A program made the translations under genes and the position numbers. The notes below the pieces were generated by a model. That model was not told where the DNA came from. It made no database searches and worked only from the letters and a program-made list of their open reading frames with translations. Shown here one piece after another: positions 27,822 through 38,394 of a DNA stretch of 64,000 nt (the first letter of the stretch is position 1; each line of letters begins with the position of its first letter). The DNA comes from Sedimentisphaerales bacterium (GTDB lineage Bacteria > Planctomycetota > Phycisphaerae > Sedimentisphaerales > Anaerobacaceae): the NCBI GenBank assembly GCA_040772485.1, contig JAXGYC010000011.1:32001-96000 (forward strand), in the 5' to 3' direction.

Positions 27822-30800
27822 TCATTTGCCTGCCAGCTCGGCGATCTGGGCCGCGTCGAGGGCGTAGTTGTACAGACGCACCTCATCGACGGTCCCACGG
27901 AAGCATTCAGCGTCCCTGGCGTGCCTGGCCAGCTTCAAGGTTTCGCCCTCGGCGTTCGGAACGCCGGAGGGATCGGAGTTGTCCGTGATCAGGACACTGT
28001 TCTTGTAGGCTTTGAGATTCTCCCCATCGTACGTGGCCGCCATATGATACCACGTGTCGGCTTCCAAGTCCCCGAAGCTGGCGCCATGCCATACGCCATC
28101 GATGCAGACGGCGGCGGCACCACGAAACGTGTCAACCATATGATCCCAGTTGATCTGGTAGTTCTTTTCGCGATGAACAGGCCCCGTCTGCCTGTCGTCC
28201 GTAGGGGCCGCAGGGCTCTTGACCCATGCTGCGATCGTCCACGTGGGTGTGTCGGTGTTGTATCCGGTGTCCACGTAGTCATCCTGGCCATCGAACGCCA
28301 GCGCGCCGCCGACCTTGCCGCCGGCGGGCTGCCACGTGGGATCGCCCTCAAGCCTGCCTGTGCGCTCGTTGCCTGAGGCATCGCCTGCCTCGTCGCCCGA
28401 GCTTTCGTCGAGCTTCCACCAGCCGACCAGGCCGAGCGGCTGGGCGACGCCAAAGGCCCTGGTATTCTGCCAGGCGTCGTCCTCGACCGCGTTCCAGGCG
28501 AGTTTGGAATCCCGCTCGCCGCCGCCGTCGTCGTCATTGACCTGGACGTCGAATCCGATCGAAACGCCCGGCGAGCATTTCGCCTTCAGCACGTTCCAGG
28601 GGAAGCGGACCTCCAGCCGATAGCCGTTGTCGGTCCTGGCAAACTTGTACTCGGTTCCGTCGGCCCGTTCCTGGCCGCCCCTGCCCATCGTGGGCGAGGT
28701 CGCATCCCATACGAAGAAGTACTGGTAGTCATTATCGTCGTAATCGCCCGACCGGCTGTTGTCGGCGTCGATGAAGATCTCCACGCCGTCATCGCACCAG
28801 AATTCGGACGAGTCGTTGCACAGGTCGTCGTCAGCGACCTCGACCAGGACGTAGAGATTGTCCTTGTCGTGCAGCGTTTTGAAGGAAGCCGAGCAATCGC
28901 TGTCATCTGCGACGGAATCGTAGAAGTTGTGCTCCAGCGCGTACGCCTGGGCCTTGTCCCAACAACCGTCCACCTTGCCGTCGATGGCGGGAGCCTGGTC
29001 GGTCGGCGCGATGCCTGCGAAGGACACCGGTTCGGCGCCCCACTCCTCGTCCCGACCTTCGATCTCCGACATGCCGTCGGCAATCTGCTTGATCGGAGCA
29101 ATCAGTCTGGAGATCGGGGGCAGGTTGTCCACGCTCAGATGCACGGCGAAGCTGTTGGCCTCTTCGCTGGTCTGGAGCCGCACCGTCGTCTTGGCGCTGG
29201 CCTGAGCCAGTTGGGCCATCGCCTCACGCACGCGGTCGGCCACTGCACCCGAGGGAAGCTCCATATTCTCGACGGCGAACTGCATCGCTCCCGCGACGTT
29301 CAGCACGGCCAGTTTGCTGGTCGTCTCCGCCAGTGACTTCAGGGTCTCCTGCAACGGGCCGCCCTTGAGCGCGCCGGCGCGCTGTCTGGCGGCGCTGATG
29401 GACGCATCGACCAGATCGGAACTCAGGGACAGGACGGTGACCTTGCCGGCCTGGTCCATGTACCCGAAGAGCTTCTGTTGGTTCGGCAGGGTGAAATCAA
29501 ATCGCCCACCCGTCGGCTGCGTTTCCTCAGTGACCACGTTGGCCGAACGCAGCGTCGAACTGAGAATCTGATAGGTCTGTTGAGGATCGACGCTGGTGAT
29601 CGCCAGACCGATGGACTTGATCTGAGGCGGCATGTCCTCGCTCAGTTGCTCGGTCGGCTTTCGGAACGGCACGGCAAACAGCGTGATCTGCTCGATGTTG
29701 TCGAACAACTGCGCCCCAATATCCAGGCCCATCGCATTGCGGATCTGCTCGCTGACCGCCGCCGCCTGCGGGGTGCCCGACTCGCCCACGCCCAGCGAGA
29801 TCAGTGCGATCGCATCCGACGGCACGGCGTCGAGCGCCGCCATGTTGAGCCGCGGCGTGCGAATCAGGTTGTAGGCCAGGCAATTGTGCCCTTCCTTGAG
29901 ATGGACGTTGGCGTCCAGCGCCAGGCCCGACGGGCGAATCGACAGCGAAGCGATGACGTCGTCGATGTTCTGGAGATCGGCGAAATGCTCCGCCATGTGC
30001 AGCTCTTCCGGCATCGCATCCGGCGGAAGGATTGCTTTGAGATTCTGGTACGCCTCGTCGGCATTGAACCAGACCGTCAGCATGTTGTCCTGCCGGGCCT
30101 TCTTACCGATCTTGGCGAACGACTTGTTGCTGGAGGCCAGCGACGGCTCCTTGACGAGGCCCCTGTACTGCTTGACCGACCATTGGAGCAGCTCAGCGCC
30201 TCTGTGGCTCGGACTGGTCACGATGATCACGGTGTCATCGTAGGCCGCGCCGCCGCCATCGCCGAATGACAGCGTCGTCATTCCCTCGATGGCCTGCGCG
30301 GGCTGGCCGACGAAGCCCAAACCCATCTGAATGATCCCGCGCAGCACATCGCTCTTGCCGGGATACAGGACCGCAATCGCCGGCGGATTGTTCTGGGTGA
30401 TCCCGGTAATGCCGATACCGATGCCACGGATCTTCTTGAACTCGGCCATCATGCTCGGATTCATCAGCGACCCGATGATCTGCTGCGGCCCTCTCTGCCC
30501 TTCGTTGGACTGATTCTGCCCGATCATGGCCAGCGGGTTCTCGAACGGGGTATCCTTGAGCATGCTGAGAATGGTCTCGACCTGCTTTCCCGGGCTGCCG
30601 ATCTCGATGTAGGCCAGGGTATCCGGAGGCATCAGACTGGCCGGGTCGGCATTGCCCAGTTCGTCCAGCAGCGGCTTGACCTTCTCGATCAACTGCGTCT
30701 GATCGCCGTAATCGGCCGCCAGTCTGCGGAACGCCGCCGTGGCCTCTATCTCGTCTTTTCTCTTCATGTGACACATGCCCAGACGATACAGGGCCTGCGC

Positions 30801-30995
30801 CACCTGCTCTCGCGGCGCCGAAGCGTCGGCGATGATCTGCTTGTACACGCCGATGGCCGCGTCGAGATCTCCCTCCACCTCCTCGGAGTACAGGCCCTCC
30901 CGCAACAGCACCGACGCCGACTTGGCCAGGGCGATCGCGCCGACCACGCCGACGAGCACCAGCAGAATGATGGTGAACGGCTTTGTCTTTCTCAT
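27822..30995 (-). CDS. Secreted TPR-like + uncharacterised + CBM9-like sugar-binding + LamG protein
   Basis: Signal peptide; EGDLDAAIGVY/ALYRLGMC (TPR-like); PAIDGKVD...DGVEIFIDAD...GFDVQVNDDD (CBM9-like); GWWKLDE...WYHMAATYDG...GTVDEVRLY (LamG). Confidence 0.85.
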   Translation of the reverse strand: MRKTKPFTIILLVLVGVVGAIALAKSASVLLREGLYSEEVEGDLDAAIGVYKQIIADASAPREQVAQALYRLGMCHMKRKDEIEATAAFRRLAADYGDQTQLIEKVKPLLDELGNADPASLMPPDTLAYIEIGSPGKQVETILSMLKDTPFENPLAMIGQNQSNEGQRGPQQIIGSLMNPSMMAEFKKIRGIGIGITGITQNNPPAIAVLYPGKSDVLRGIIQMGLGFVGQPAQAIEGMTTLSFGDGGGAAYDDTVIIVTSPSHRGAELLQWSVKQYRGLVKEPSLASSNKSFAKIGKKARQDNMLTVWFNADEAYQNLKAILPPDAMPEELHMAEHFADLQNIDDVIASLSIRPSGLALDANVHLKEGHNCLAYNLIRTPRLNMAALDAVPSDAIALISLGVGESGTPQAAAVSEQIRNAMGLDIGAQLFDNIEQITLFAVPFRKPTEQLSEDMPPQIKSIGLAITSVDPQQTYQILSSTLRSANVVTEETQPTGGRFDFTLPNQQKLFGYMDQAGKVTVLSLSSDLVDASISAARQRAGALKGGPLQETLKSLAETTSKLAVLNVAGAMQFAVENMELPSGAVADRVREAMAQLAQASAKTTVRLQTSEEANSFAVHLSVDNLPPISRLIAPIKQIADGMSEIEGRDEEWGAEPVSFAGIAPTDQAPAIDGKVDGCWDKAQAYALEHNFYDSVADDSDCSASFKTLHDKDNLYVLVEVADDDLCNDSSEFWCDDGVEIFIDADNSRSGDYDDNDYQYFFVWDATSPTMGRGGQERADGTEYKFARTDNGYRLEVRFPWNVLKAKCSPGVSIGFDVQVNDDDGGGERDSKLAWNAVEDDAWQNTRAFGVAQPLGLVGWWKLDESSGDEAGDASGNERTGRLEGDPTWQPAGGKVGGALAFDGQDDYVDTGYNTDTPTWTIAAWVKSPAAPTDDRQTGPVHREKNYQINWDHMVDTFRGAAAVCIDGVWHGASFGDLEADTWYHMAATYDGENLKAYKNSVLITDNSDPSGVPNAEGETLKLARHARDAECFRGTVDEVRLYNYALDAAQIAELAGK

Positions 30996-31068
30996 GGCTC
31001 CACTCCTTTCAATAGGACCAAGTTAGCAGTGACGGTTCGTTTTGCACAAGCGTAATATGCCGACGGAG

Positions 31069-31085
31069 TGTTACCGATCTGTTAC
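31069..31085 (-). promoter_or_regulatory. OmpR/PhoB-type direct-repeat binding site
   Basis: GTAACA-N5-GTAACA on the minus strand (11-bp period), about 9 nt upstream of a -10-like CATATT, in front of the TPR-HK-RR-RR operon. Confidence 0.6.
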
Positions 31086-31226
31086 GGGGGCGCGCCTTTT
31101 CGGTGACTTTTCGCGAGGGGAAGGAAGGGCATGCAGGGATGCTTTGTGCAGCCGGCGGAGAGAAGAAGGTGGCACCGGACAATCAGCGATTGCCGATGCC
31201 ACCGGTGATCTCAGTTTCGGGGACGC

Positions 31227-32921
31227 TCACTTCGATTTCTCCGGGGTCTTTCCCTGCTCGGGCGGGGTCTGCTGCACGTTGGTCGTGCGGCCCTTGTCCG
31301 GCTTCTCCGTCGTGTCGCCGAGATACTGCGGCAGCTCCACGCCGGCCATGCCCGCCACCTCGTGCAGCGGTGGAATCGACCGGATCAGGCCCGAGAGGAA
31401 GTTGGCGGTCGAAGAGGTGCCTTTCTCGTTGTTGCCCGAGTCCCAGACGGTGACCTTGTCGATCTTGATGTTCTTGATGGCCTCCACCTGGCGGGCCACG
31501 ATGTCCTCGATCTTCTCGATCATCAGCAGGGTCGAAGCGGCCCGGGCGTCGCCGTTGCAGCTCTTGACGAGGGCCTGATAGCCGGCGGCCTTGCTGTCGA
31601 GCACCTGGCGAATGCCCTTGGCCTCCGCCTCGTACTTCGCCAAGGTCGCGTCGGCCTGCCCCTTCGCCTCGCGGCGGTACTTCTCCGCCTGGGCCTCAGC
31701 CGCAATCTCGACCTTGCGCCGCTCGATCTCCTGCCGCACCACTTCCTCGGCGTTCAGACGTTCCTGCTCAGCGAGGTACTGGGCCTTCTGGATGGCCACC
31801 TCCGCCTTGCGCTTGGCGACCTCGCCCTTCTCGAAGGCCTCGGCCTGTTTGGCCGCCAGTTCCGCGTTGTACTCGGCGATCTCCGCCTTGGCCTTGTTCT
31901 CACCGTCGACGGCCAGCGATTCCTGCTGCTGAACGAAGATGCGCTGACTGGCTTGGGCCTGCTTCTCGCCCTTGACCGCCTCGGCCTCCTGCTGCTGGAC
32001 GAAGATGCGCTGGTCGGCCTCCGCCTTCTTGCGGCCTTTCTCCGCCTGGGCCAGGTTCTCCGCGACCCGGATCGACCGCTCCCGGTTCGCCTCCGCCTCG
32101 CCGACCGTGGCGACCGTTTCCTGCTGCTGGACGAAGATGCGCCGGTCGGCCTCGGCCTTCTTCTGGCCCTTCTCCGACTCGGCGGTGTGCTCGGCCACGC
32201 GGATCGACCGCTCGCGATTAGCCTGGGCCTCGCCGATGGCGCCGAGCTTGGCCTGCTCAGCGACGTCGACCTTGGCCTTGTTGATCGCCTCGGCGGCCGC
32301 CTTCTTGCCGATGGACTCGATGTAGTCTGACTCATCGGTGATGTCGGTGATGTTGACGTTGATCAGGTACAGGCCGATCTTGTTGAGTTCAGGCTCGACG
32401 TTCTTGCGGATGGACTCCAGAAAGCTCTCGCGGTCCTGGTTGATCTGCTCGATCGTCAGCGATGCCACCGTCAGACGCAGTTGGCCGAAGATGATCTCCT
32501 TGGCCATGTCCTCGATCTCGCGCGGCTGAAGACGCAGCAGGCGCTCGGCCGCATTGTTCATGATCGACTTGTCCGTGCTGACGCCCACGGTGAACGTGCT
32601 CGGGACGTTGATGCGGATATTCTGAAGGGACAGCGCCCCCTGCAGCGGGATGCTGATCGTCATGGGCGTCAGGCTCATGTACGAGTAGTCCTGAATCAGC
32701 GGCCAGACGAATGCGCCGCCCCCGTGGATACAGCGCGAGGACTGGTCCTGCCCGACCTTTCCGTAGATCACCAGGATGCGGTCCGACGGGCAGCGTTTGT
32801 ACCGCGACGCCAGAAACAGCACGGTCGAGACCAACAGCAGGACAAACGCAATCAGCGCAATCAGCCATAAACTGAGTCCCAGCGTATTCTGAGCCAGCAC
32901 TTCCGAAAGCATCATCTCCAT
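31227..32921 (-). CDS. Flotillin-like SPFH/Band 7 protein
   Basis: N-terminal TM, GGGAFVWPLIQ, SPFH core, long EA-rich coiled coil, KIDKVTVWD. Confidence 0.92.
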   Translation of the reverse strand: MEMMLSEVLAQNTLGLSLWLIALIAFVLLLVSTVLFLASRYKRCPSDRILVIYGKVGQDQSSRCIHGGGAFVWPLIQDYSYMSLTPMTISIPLQGALSLQNIRINVPSTFTVGVSTDKSIMNNAAERLLRLQPREIEDMAKEIIFGQLRLTVASLTIEQINQDRESFLESIRKNVEPELNKIGLYLINVNITDITDESDYIESIGKKAAAEAINKAKVDVAEQAKLGAIGEAQANRERSIRVAEHTAESEKGQKKAEADRRIFVQQQETVATVGEAEANRERSIRVAENLAQAEKGRKKAEADQRIFVQQQEAEAVKGEKQAQASQRIFVQQQESLAVDGENKAKAEIAEYNAELAAKQAEAFEKGEVAKRKAEVAIQKAQYLAEQERLNAEEVVRQEIERRKVEIAAEAQAEKYRREAKGQADATLAKYEAEAKGIRQVLDSKAAGYQALVKSCNGDARAASTLLMIEKIEDIVARQVEAIKNIKIDKVTVWDSGNNEKGTSSTANFLSGLIRSIPPLHEVAGMAGVELPQYLGDTTEKPDKGRTTNVQQTPPEQGKTPEKSK

Positions 32922-32968
32922 ATCTCCGCTCCTGTCATAAGAGTCTGACTTGGCCTATGCATTACGGT

Positions 32969-33625
32969 CTATCCGCCCTGGGGCCCTTGCGGCATCTTCT
33001 CCACGACCAGCACATCCTGCGGCGTGACATCGACAACGCGGACCCGCTGCCCCGTGTGAATCTCCTCGCTGCCGTTCGAGACGGCGTCGTAGATGCGCAG
33101 CCGCTCCTGGACGGTGATCTTCGCCTTGCCGGTCCCGGCAGTCGGGATCGTCAGGTAGACCTCGCCCTGCTGGCCGATGGCATTGCGCAGGTTGATATTG
33201 CCGCTGGCCTGCAACGTGCCGGCCTTGCGGAAGATCAGTCCGATAACCCAGACCGTCCCCAGTCCGGCCAGCGACGCGGCGATCAACGCCGCCACCGGCC
33301 CCTGCTGCGTCTGGCGCATCATTGCCAGACCCACGAGGCCGAACATCATGAAGAACGCCGTCAGGCCCTGAAACGACAGGACCTTGAAGCTCAGGTACGT
33401 ATCGTGCGCATCGAGATGGGCGTCGCCGGTGAAGTCTCCGTGGACGTCAGCCCCGCCGGCGTCCACGTCGCCCACATCGGAAACACCCCCTACGTCGTGG
33501 TCGCCTCCGCTGTCGCCGCCGATGAATTGCAGGGCCAGGCGGACCACGAACAGAACCCCTCCGAGGATGGCACAGACGAGGAACAGCATCTCAATGCCAC
33601 TGAACTGGACAGCCAACGCACCCAT
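32969..33625 (-). CDS. NfeD-like (YuaF-type) membrane partner of flotillin
   Basis: Three TMs, Asp/His-rich loop, SFQGLTAFFMMFG, C-terminal OB-fold GEVYLTIP. Confidence 0.85.
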   Translation of the reverse strand: MGALAVQFSGIEMLFLVCAILGGVLFVVRLALQFIGGDSGGDHDVGGVSDVGDVDAGGADVHGDFTGDAHLDAHDTYLSFKVLSFQGLTAFFMMFGLVGLAMMRQTQQGPVAALIAASLAGLGTVWVIGLIFRKAGTLQASGNINLRNAIGQQGEVYLTIPTAGTGKAKITVQERLRIYDAVSNGSEEIHTGQRVRVVDVTPQDVLVVEKMPQGPQGG

Positions 33626-34025
33626 CTATCGTTCCTTTCAAATCCGCTTCGCGCGCCATTATACCGGTCGCCCGGCCGATGGCCAGCCCGCAGGATCAGA
33701 AATCTCTCGTCTCATCCATAGACGCCCGAAGCAGGAAAGTCTTGCGCCCCCCACCGAGGATTTTTCCCTTCCCTGTGACGTGACCCGGCTGGACCGCTGC
33801 GTTATGGCGAAGGAATCAGATTGAAACGCATCCGGATCGCCAGGACCAGCAAACCCCAGCCCGACACACGCACCACGATGGGCCAGTAATCAGGAATCTC
33901 CGAATCGAGCCGGTCCGCTGAGTCGGGAGTCTCCCCTCTCCATCATAGACGCACAGCGAGATAGAGTCTTGCGCCGCCGACGGAGGTTTTCAGGAGCCCT
34001 GTGCCCTTGCCTGCTGTCTGTCGCG

Positions 34026-36314
34026 TCAGCGGCCGCGTCCCCTGGAATCCACGGGTTCTTCCGTCGAAGACAGGAGTGGCTGGTACCACTTCGGCCGGTC
34101 TGGCCGCTCGGGCGAACTGAGCAGGGTGCGCCAGGCCTCGTCGGTGAGTCGGTCGCTCATGGGGTGCTTGAACTCGTAGTAGCTCAGCACCGGTCCGGCG
34201 GCCAGGAAGACCGACCCATCGGCTGCCGGACAGGCGACGACGATGATGTCTACCTTCCCGACGCCCTCTTCCAGCACCATGCCCTCGTAGCCTTCGGTGT
34301 GCACGTCGGCCACCAGCGTGGTCTTGACGCCGAGCATGTCGACCCCGGTCACCAGCGACTGTAGTGAATTTGGCAGGGCTTTGATGTACGAGTTGTCGAT
34401 ATCCGACAGCGGCTCGTTCAGCAACTCTTTCGCGGAAATCTCGGTCAGACGCTCCAACAGACCTTCAAGCCCTGTCAGCCGCGTTGTCGCCTGCTCGCTC
34501 AGGACCTGCATGTCACCCAGTCCCGCTCGTGTCATGCGGGCCAGCGTCAGGAGCCGAGCGTAAAACTCGGGGACCGGCTCGACATATCCGGGCGGCGGCG
34601 CGGTCGGCCCGGAACGACCGACGGTGTAGCTCTGCTTGGCATAGAGGATGGTGTCGTGCCGCAATTCCGCCCAGGAGGCCAGCGCCGCGTTGAGACTGCG
34701 CCGCCGCCAGGCATCGGTTCGCATGAAGTTCGGATAGCCCTCGGGCAGATCATCGACTAACGCACGCAGGCTGTAGAGCCATGACCAGTAGAGGTTGGTG
34801 TTCCAGTCGGCGGCGCTGAGGACATCGAACTCATCCTTCAGCTCCCCGAAGCGGCGCCAGTAATTGACGTAATCCGTGTCGCCTTCGTCGATCAGGATGT
34901 GCAGAGCCTGCCTGGACCCCAGCAATGCCATGACATCAAGCCCACGCGGGTAGCCACGGACACCGTCAACCGACTTGGTGAAGGGCCAGCCGGCCGAACT
35001 GCCGGTGTGCTGACCGACCGCCGGATAGACCAGGTTCTGGAACATGTAGGAGTCGGGAATGAACCGCTGGCCCATCAGCCGCATCCCCTTGGTCTTGTCG
35101 AGCACCTCGTTGAGCGTATCGTCGGTGATCGGCTCGACCACCATGATGTTGCCCGTGCCGCCGAAGATCCGGGGCGAGGGCAGCAGGGCCAGTTCCGCCT
35201 TGAATGCCAGATACGTCGCGTCATCGGTCAACTCGGACAGTCGCTGCATCCAGTCGGTCCCTACCACCGTCTCCAGCGTGCCCATGTAGTCGTAGGGCGT
35301 CAGGTCGTCGGCCAGCCCGACGTAGAACGCGGTGACGGCATACATGCGGTCCCACACCTCCATCGCCGTCTGCGCGCCGACTTCGCTGTGCAGCGCCTGA
35401 ACCAGCAGGACCGCCTGAAGCGTCTGAATCCGGGCGTCTTCCACGCTGACCAGGGCCTCGCCCAGCGGGCCCCACGACTCGGAGCCTTTCAGCAGGAAGC
35501 TCATGCGTCCGTACCACATCAGGGTCTTGAAGTAGCGCTCCAGAGCTTCGCTGTTTGTGTAATGGCCGCGGGGAACGTACTGCGAATAGTCCTCCTGGTA
35601 GATGAACAGGTCGCTCGGCGCGAAGCCCTCGTGCGCCTCGATTCTGGCCAGTTCGCTCTCGACCGTCCCGGAAACTACCTCCGAAACACCGGCGTCGGGC
35701 ACAAGGAGCTTCCTGGCGACCGAAAGAAACGCGATATTGCGGCGAGCCGCCTCCTGCAACTCGCCCCCAAGCTGGTCGTACAGGCTTTCCATCGTCGCCA
35801 GCATCGCCTCGGTCATGGCCTCAATGTCGCCGATGAACTCCCGTTCCTCTACGTCCTTCAGCGTCTCGTCGAACTGGATATGGTATAAGTGCAGGACGGT
35901 ATCCGTCGTGACGAAGAGAGGGACGCTCCTGGAGGTGATGTGCCGGCAGGCGTCGACCATGTCGTCATAGGACTCGCTCCACCAGGTCGTCGCCTCGGGC
36001 GGCGCCACGGCAAAGCCGTTCCGGCAGATCAGGTCCGACAGCGCTGTCACATTGGCGACGCTGGACATATCGTCGAAGTTGAGGATCTGTTCGAGGTCCA
36101 GAGGCAGCGTGTAGCCCGGCGCGTTCGGCTCGACCTCAACCACATAGGGCTCATAGTACTGCCCGAAGCCCAGTTGGCCGGCTCCCGCGCGTGCACCGAG
36201 CAAGCACGCAATGAGGGCCATGCACCACAATACCCAGACCATGCTGTCCGCGCCCCGCCTCTGCCCCCCGGCACGTCCGCCTCCCCCCATTGCCGCGATT
36301 TCAAACCGTACCAT
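34026..36314 (-). CDS. DUF3160-family secreted protein
   Basis: FVTTDTVLHLYH, EDYSQYVPRGHYT, GQRFIPDS, WAELRHDTILYAKQ, GPVLSYYEF; AGGAGG RBS. Confidence 0.88.
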   Translation of the reverse strand: MVRFEIAAMGGGGRAGGQRRGADSMVWVLWCMALIACLLGARAGAGQLGFGQYYEPYVVEVEPNAPGYTLPLDLEQILNFDDMSSVANVTALSDLICRNGFAVAPPEATTWWSESYDDMVDACRHITSRSVPLFVTTDTVLHLYHIQFDETLKDVEEREFIGDIEAMTEAMLATMESLYDQLGGELQEAARRNIAFLSVARKLLVPDAGVSEVVSGTVESELARIEAHEGFAPSDLFIYQEDYSQYVPRGHYTNSEALERYFKTLMWYGRMSFLLKGSESWGPLGEALVSVEDARIQTLQAVLLVQALHSEVGAQTAMEVWDRMYAVTAFYVGLADDLTPYDYMGTLETVVGTDWMQRLSELTDDATYLAFKAELALLPSPRIFGGTGNIMVVEPITDDTLNEVLDKTKGMRLMGQRFIPDSYMFQNLVYPAVGQHTGSSAGWPFTKSVDGVRGYPRGLDVMALLGSRQALHILIDEGDTDYVNYWRRFGELKDEFDVLSAADWNTNLYWSWLYSLRALVDDLPEGYPNFMRTDAWRRRSLNAALASWAELRHDTILYAKQSYTVGRSGPTAPPPGYVEPVPEFYARLLTLARMTRAGLGDMQVLSEQATTRLTGLEGLLERLTEISAKELLNEPLSDIDNSYIKALPNSLQSLVTGVDMLGVKTTLVADVHTEGYEGMVLEEGVGKVDIIVVACPAADGSVFLAAGPVLSYYEFKHPMSDRLTDEAWRTLLSSPERPDRPKWYQPLLSSTEEPVDSRGRGR

Positions 36315-36661
36315 GTCAGTTTCCTCCTACAGCAGATGATCGTAATGATAACGAGGCACACGATGTGCCTTGGAACACCGGTCGGGGAGCCGCCCAATTC
36401 CGGTCCCTCAGCGCATAGCGAGGGCCGGTCGGACGATCAGGATGAAAGCGATACTGGCGGTCTCCTCATGCTCGAACCACATTGCCGTTCGAAGGCCGGG
36501 CCGCTATGAAATGAAGTACGAAAACTATGATGGCAGACGGATTATGAAAGCGTTCCCTGGCCCGCCTTTCTTCATTACCCCCATTATACCCGGCGCTACG
36601 CCGATGGCAACACATTTCCTGCGAAGAACAGCGGAATTCCAACACCAAACGGCCAGGGCGG

Positions 36662-37978
36662 TCAGTCTCGCGAGACGGGCCAGAAGACCTGATCACCCCC
36701 CTGTTCGTCCTGACCCCACCGACTGGGGGCGCCACCATCGTCGTCGAAGTCGGCACCGAGACTGTAGAGCACGAAGTTGTCCGCCGTACGGCGATAGCCC
36801 AAAGGCCCATCGCTGTACGGGTCCATCGGCAGTCCGCTGAGGTAGCCCGCAGAAACGAGGTCCGAGAGGCTGGCTGGGAACTGCCCCTTCTCGTTCTCAT
36901 AACGCAACAAGGCCACAGTTGTCGCCAAGGCATCCCGCGTGACCTGGCAGCGGAAAGAGACCGTTGAACCCAGATCCACGGCAGGAACCAGAGAAACAAG
37001 CAACAGGTTCCCTCCGGTCCATTCGTCGATCTCCAGATCAAAGTCGATCCCCTGACGTTTCCACTCGATCGGTGTCTTGCGAATGATCTCGCTGTAATGC
37101 GCGTATCCTTTGATGACAAGGTCCTTCAATCCGGCGGGGTAATGCGTGAAGAGCGACCTGTACAACTCCTCTGCCGACATCTCAACACCCAGCGCGGCGG
37201 AGACACGGGCCGCGGCCTTGTCGAACTCATCCGTCCGAGAGAATGGCGTGGCCTCCGTAAGTCCGCCCAGAACATGCTGGACCACATCCAGGGCTACCAG
37301 TTCCTCGGCCCGCAGATCGATCCGATCGTTGTAACGCTTTGAAATCTGCGCGATGTCGTCCTGCAGCGACTCCAGCAAGGGCACCTTCACATCAGTTCTG
37401 TCGAGGATCTGAAATGCCGCCTCCAAAGCAGAACCGAGAAGACTGATTCCAACCATCTGTTCGTGAAAGAACAGCTTCTGTCTCATGTCGGAGGCAAAAC
37501 GGCAGCCCGCCAGTACATCTCCAACTGCGCCGGTTGTGTCCCCCTCGACCGCCTTCGATTTCGCCCCGAAGATCAGTGCCCAGAACAACTCGCGCGTCTC
37601 AGCAGGACGGTCGTCCCCTCCGATGTCCCAGAACACCATATCCCCCTGATACTGGAGCCAATAGCCCGGCTTCCGGGTACCCTGCCGCAATCGATCCAAC
37701 GCTTCGGCGTTCGATCGGACCCAGGCGACCAAGGCCCGTTGTTTGTCGGCCGGCAATTCGGTCGGCCAGCGACCGATGTCCTTTCCATCCACCGAAATCG
37801 ACGCTGCCACGTAGGACTCAAACGCCTGCTCGTAGATGGGCGCCGCATTTAGAGATTCGCCGGTCCCTCTGGTCATCAGCTCATTGAGCTTTGCCACGTA
37901 GTCGACCTTCGAAGCCGACGCCCATAGCACGCAGGTGCCGCCGCCCCAAATCACCAGTAGAACCTGTGCGTATCGCAT
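36662..37978 (-). CDS. Hypothetical exported protein with a GspG/pseudopilin-like C-terminal motif
   Basis: 437 codons after start, GAGGGGA RBS; C-terminal FPASLSDLV...LPMDPY...LYSLGADFDDDGG. Confidence 0.7.
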   Translation of the reverse strand: MRYAQVLLVIWGGGTCVLWASASKVDYVAKLNELMTRGTGESLNAAPIYEQAFESYVAASISVDGKDIGRWPTELPADKQRALVAWVRSNAEALDRLRQGTRKPGYWLQYQGDMVFWDIGGDDRPAETRELFWALIFGAKSKAVEGDTTGAVGDVLAGCRFASDMRQKLFFHEQMVGISLLGSALEAAFQILDRTDVKVPLLESLQDDIAQISKRYNDRIDLRAEELVALDVVQHVLGGLTEATPFSRTDEFDKAAARVSAALGVEMSAEELYRSLFTHYPAGLKDLVIKGYAHYSEIIRKTPIEWKRQGIDFDLEIDEWTGGNLLLVSLVPAVDLGSTVSFRCQVTRDALATTVALLRYENEKGQFPASLSDLVSAGYLSGLPMDPYSDGPLGYRRTADNFVLYSLGADFDDDGGAPSRWGQDEQGGDQVFWPVSRD

Positions 37979-38394
37979 GGGGTCTCCCCTCTGTTAGCCG
38001 TGTCGTTGCCCTCAAGACGCGTCGGCCGCCTACTCGATTTTACGAGTTTGAGGCAAGGATTGAAAGCACTCTCGACGACCATCTCCGCACGTCCTTCTTC
38101 GCGTTCTTGCGCTCGGCCGAATTGCGTACGTGCCACATGCACAGTCACAAACCTCCCACCGTTTCCACAACCTTCCGAACCCACCGACCCGTGCACAAGC
38201 ATCGGCGATTCTCCGTGTTCGCAATCGTGGTGCAGAGTGCCGGCGTCTCCGCGAACTGACCGGACATAGGGGGCGTATCAATTACATCGACGCGTAAATA
38301 TAGACTGTCGAATCAGTTAAGGTAGGCACGCTGCGGACGAGACCCGACGAATGCGCGGGCCGGCGGTTGACGCAACGGGTACAGGAGATCGACC

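Noticed and set aside
33790..33950. Short hydrophobic stretches on the minus strand between nfeD and DUF3160
   Set aside because: Split across frames with no clear start; at most an unidentifiable remnant.
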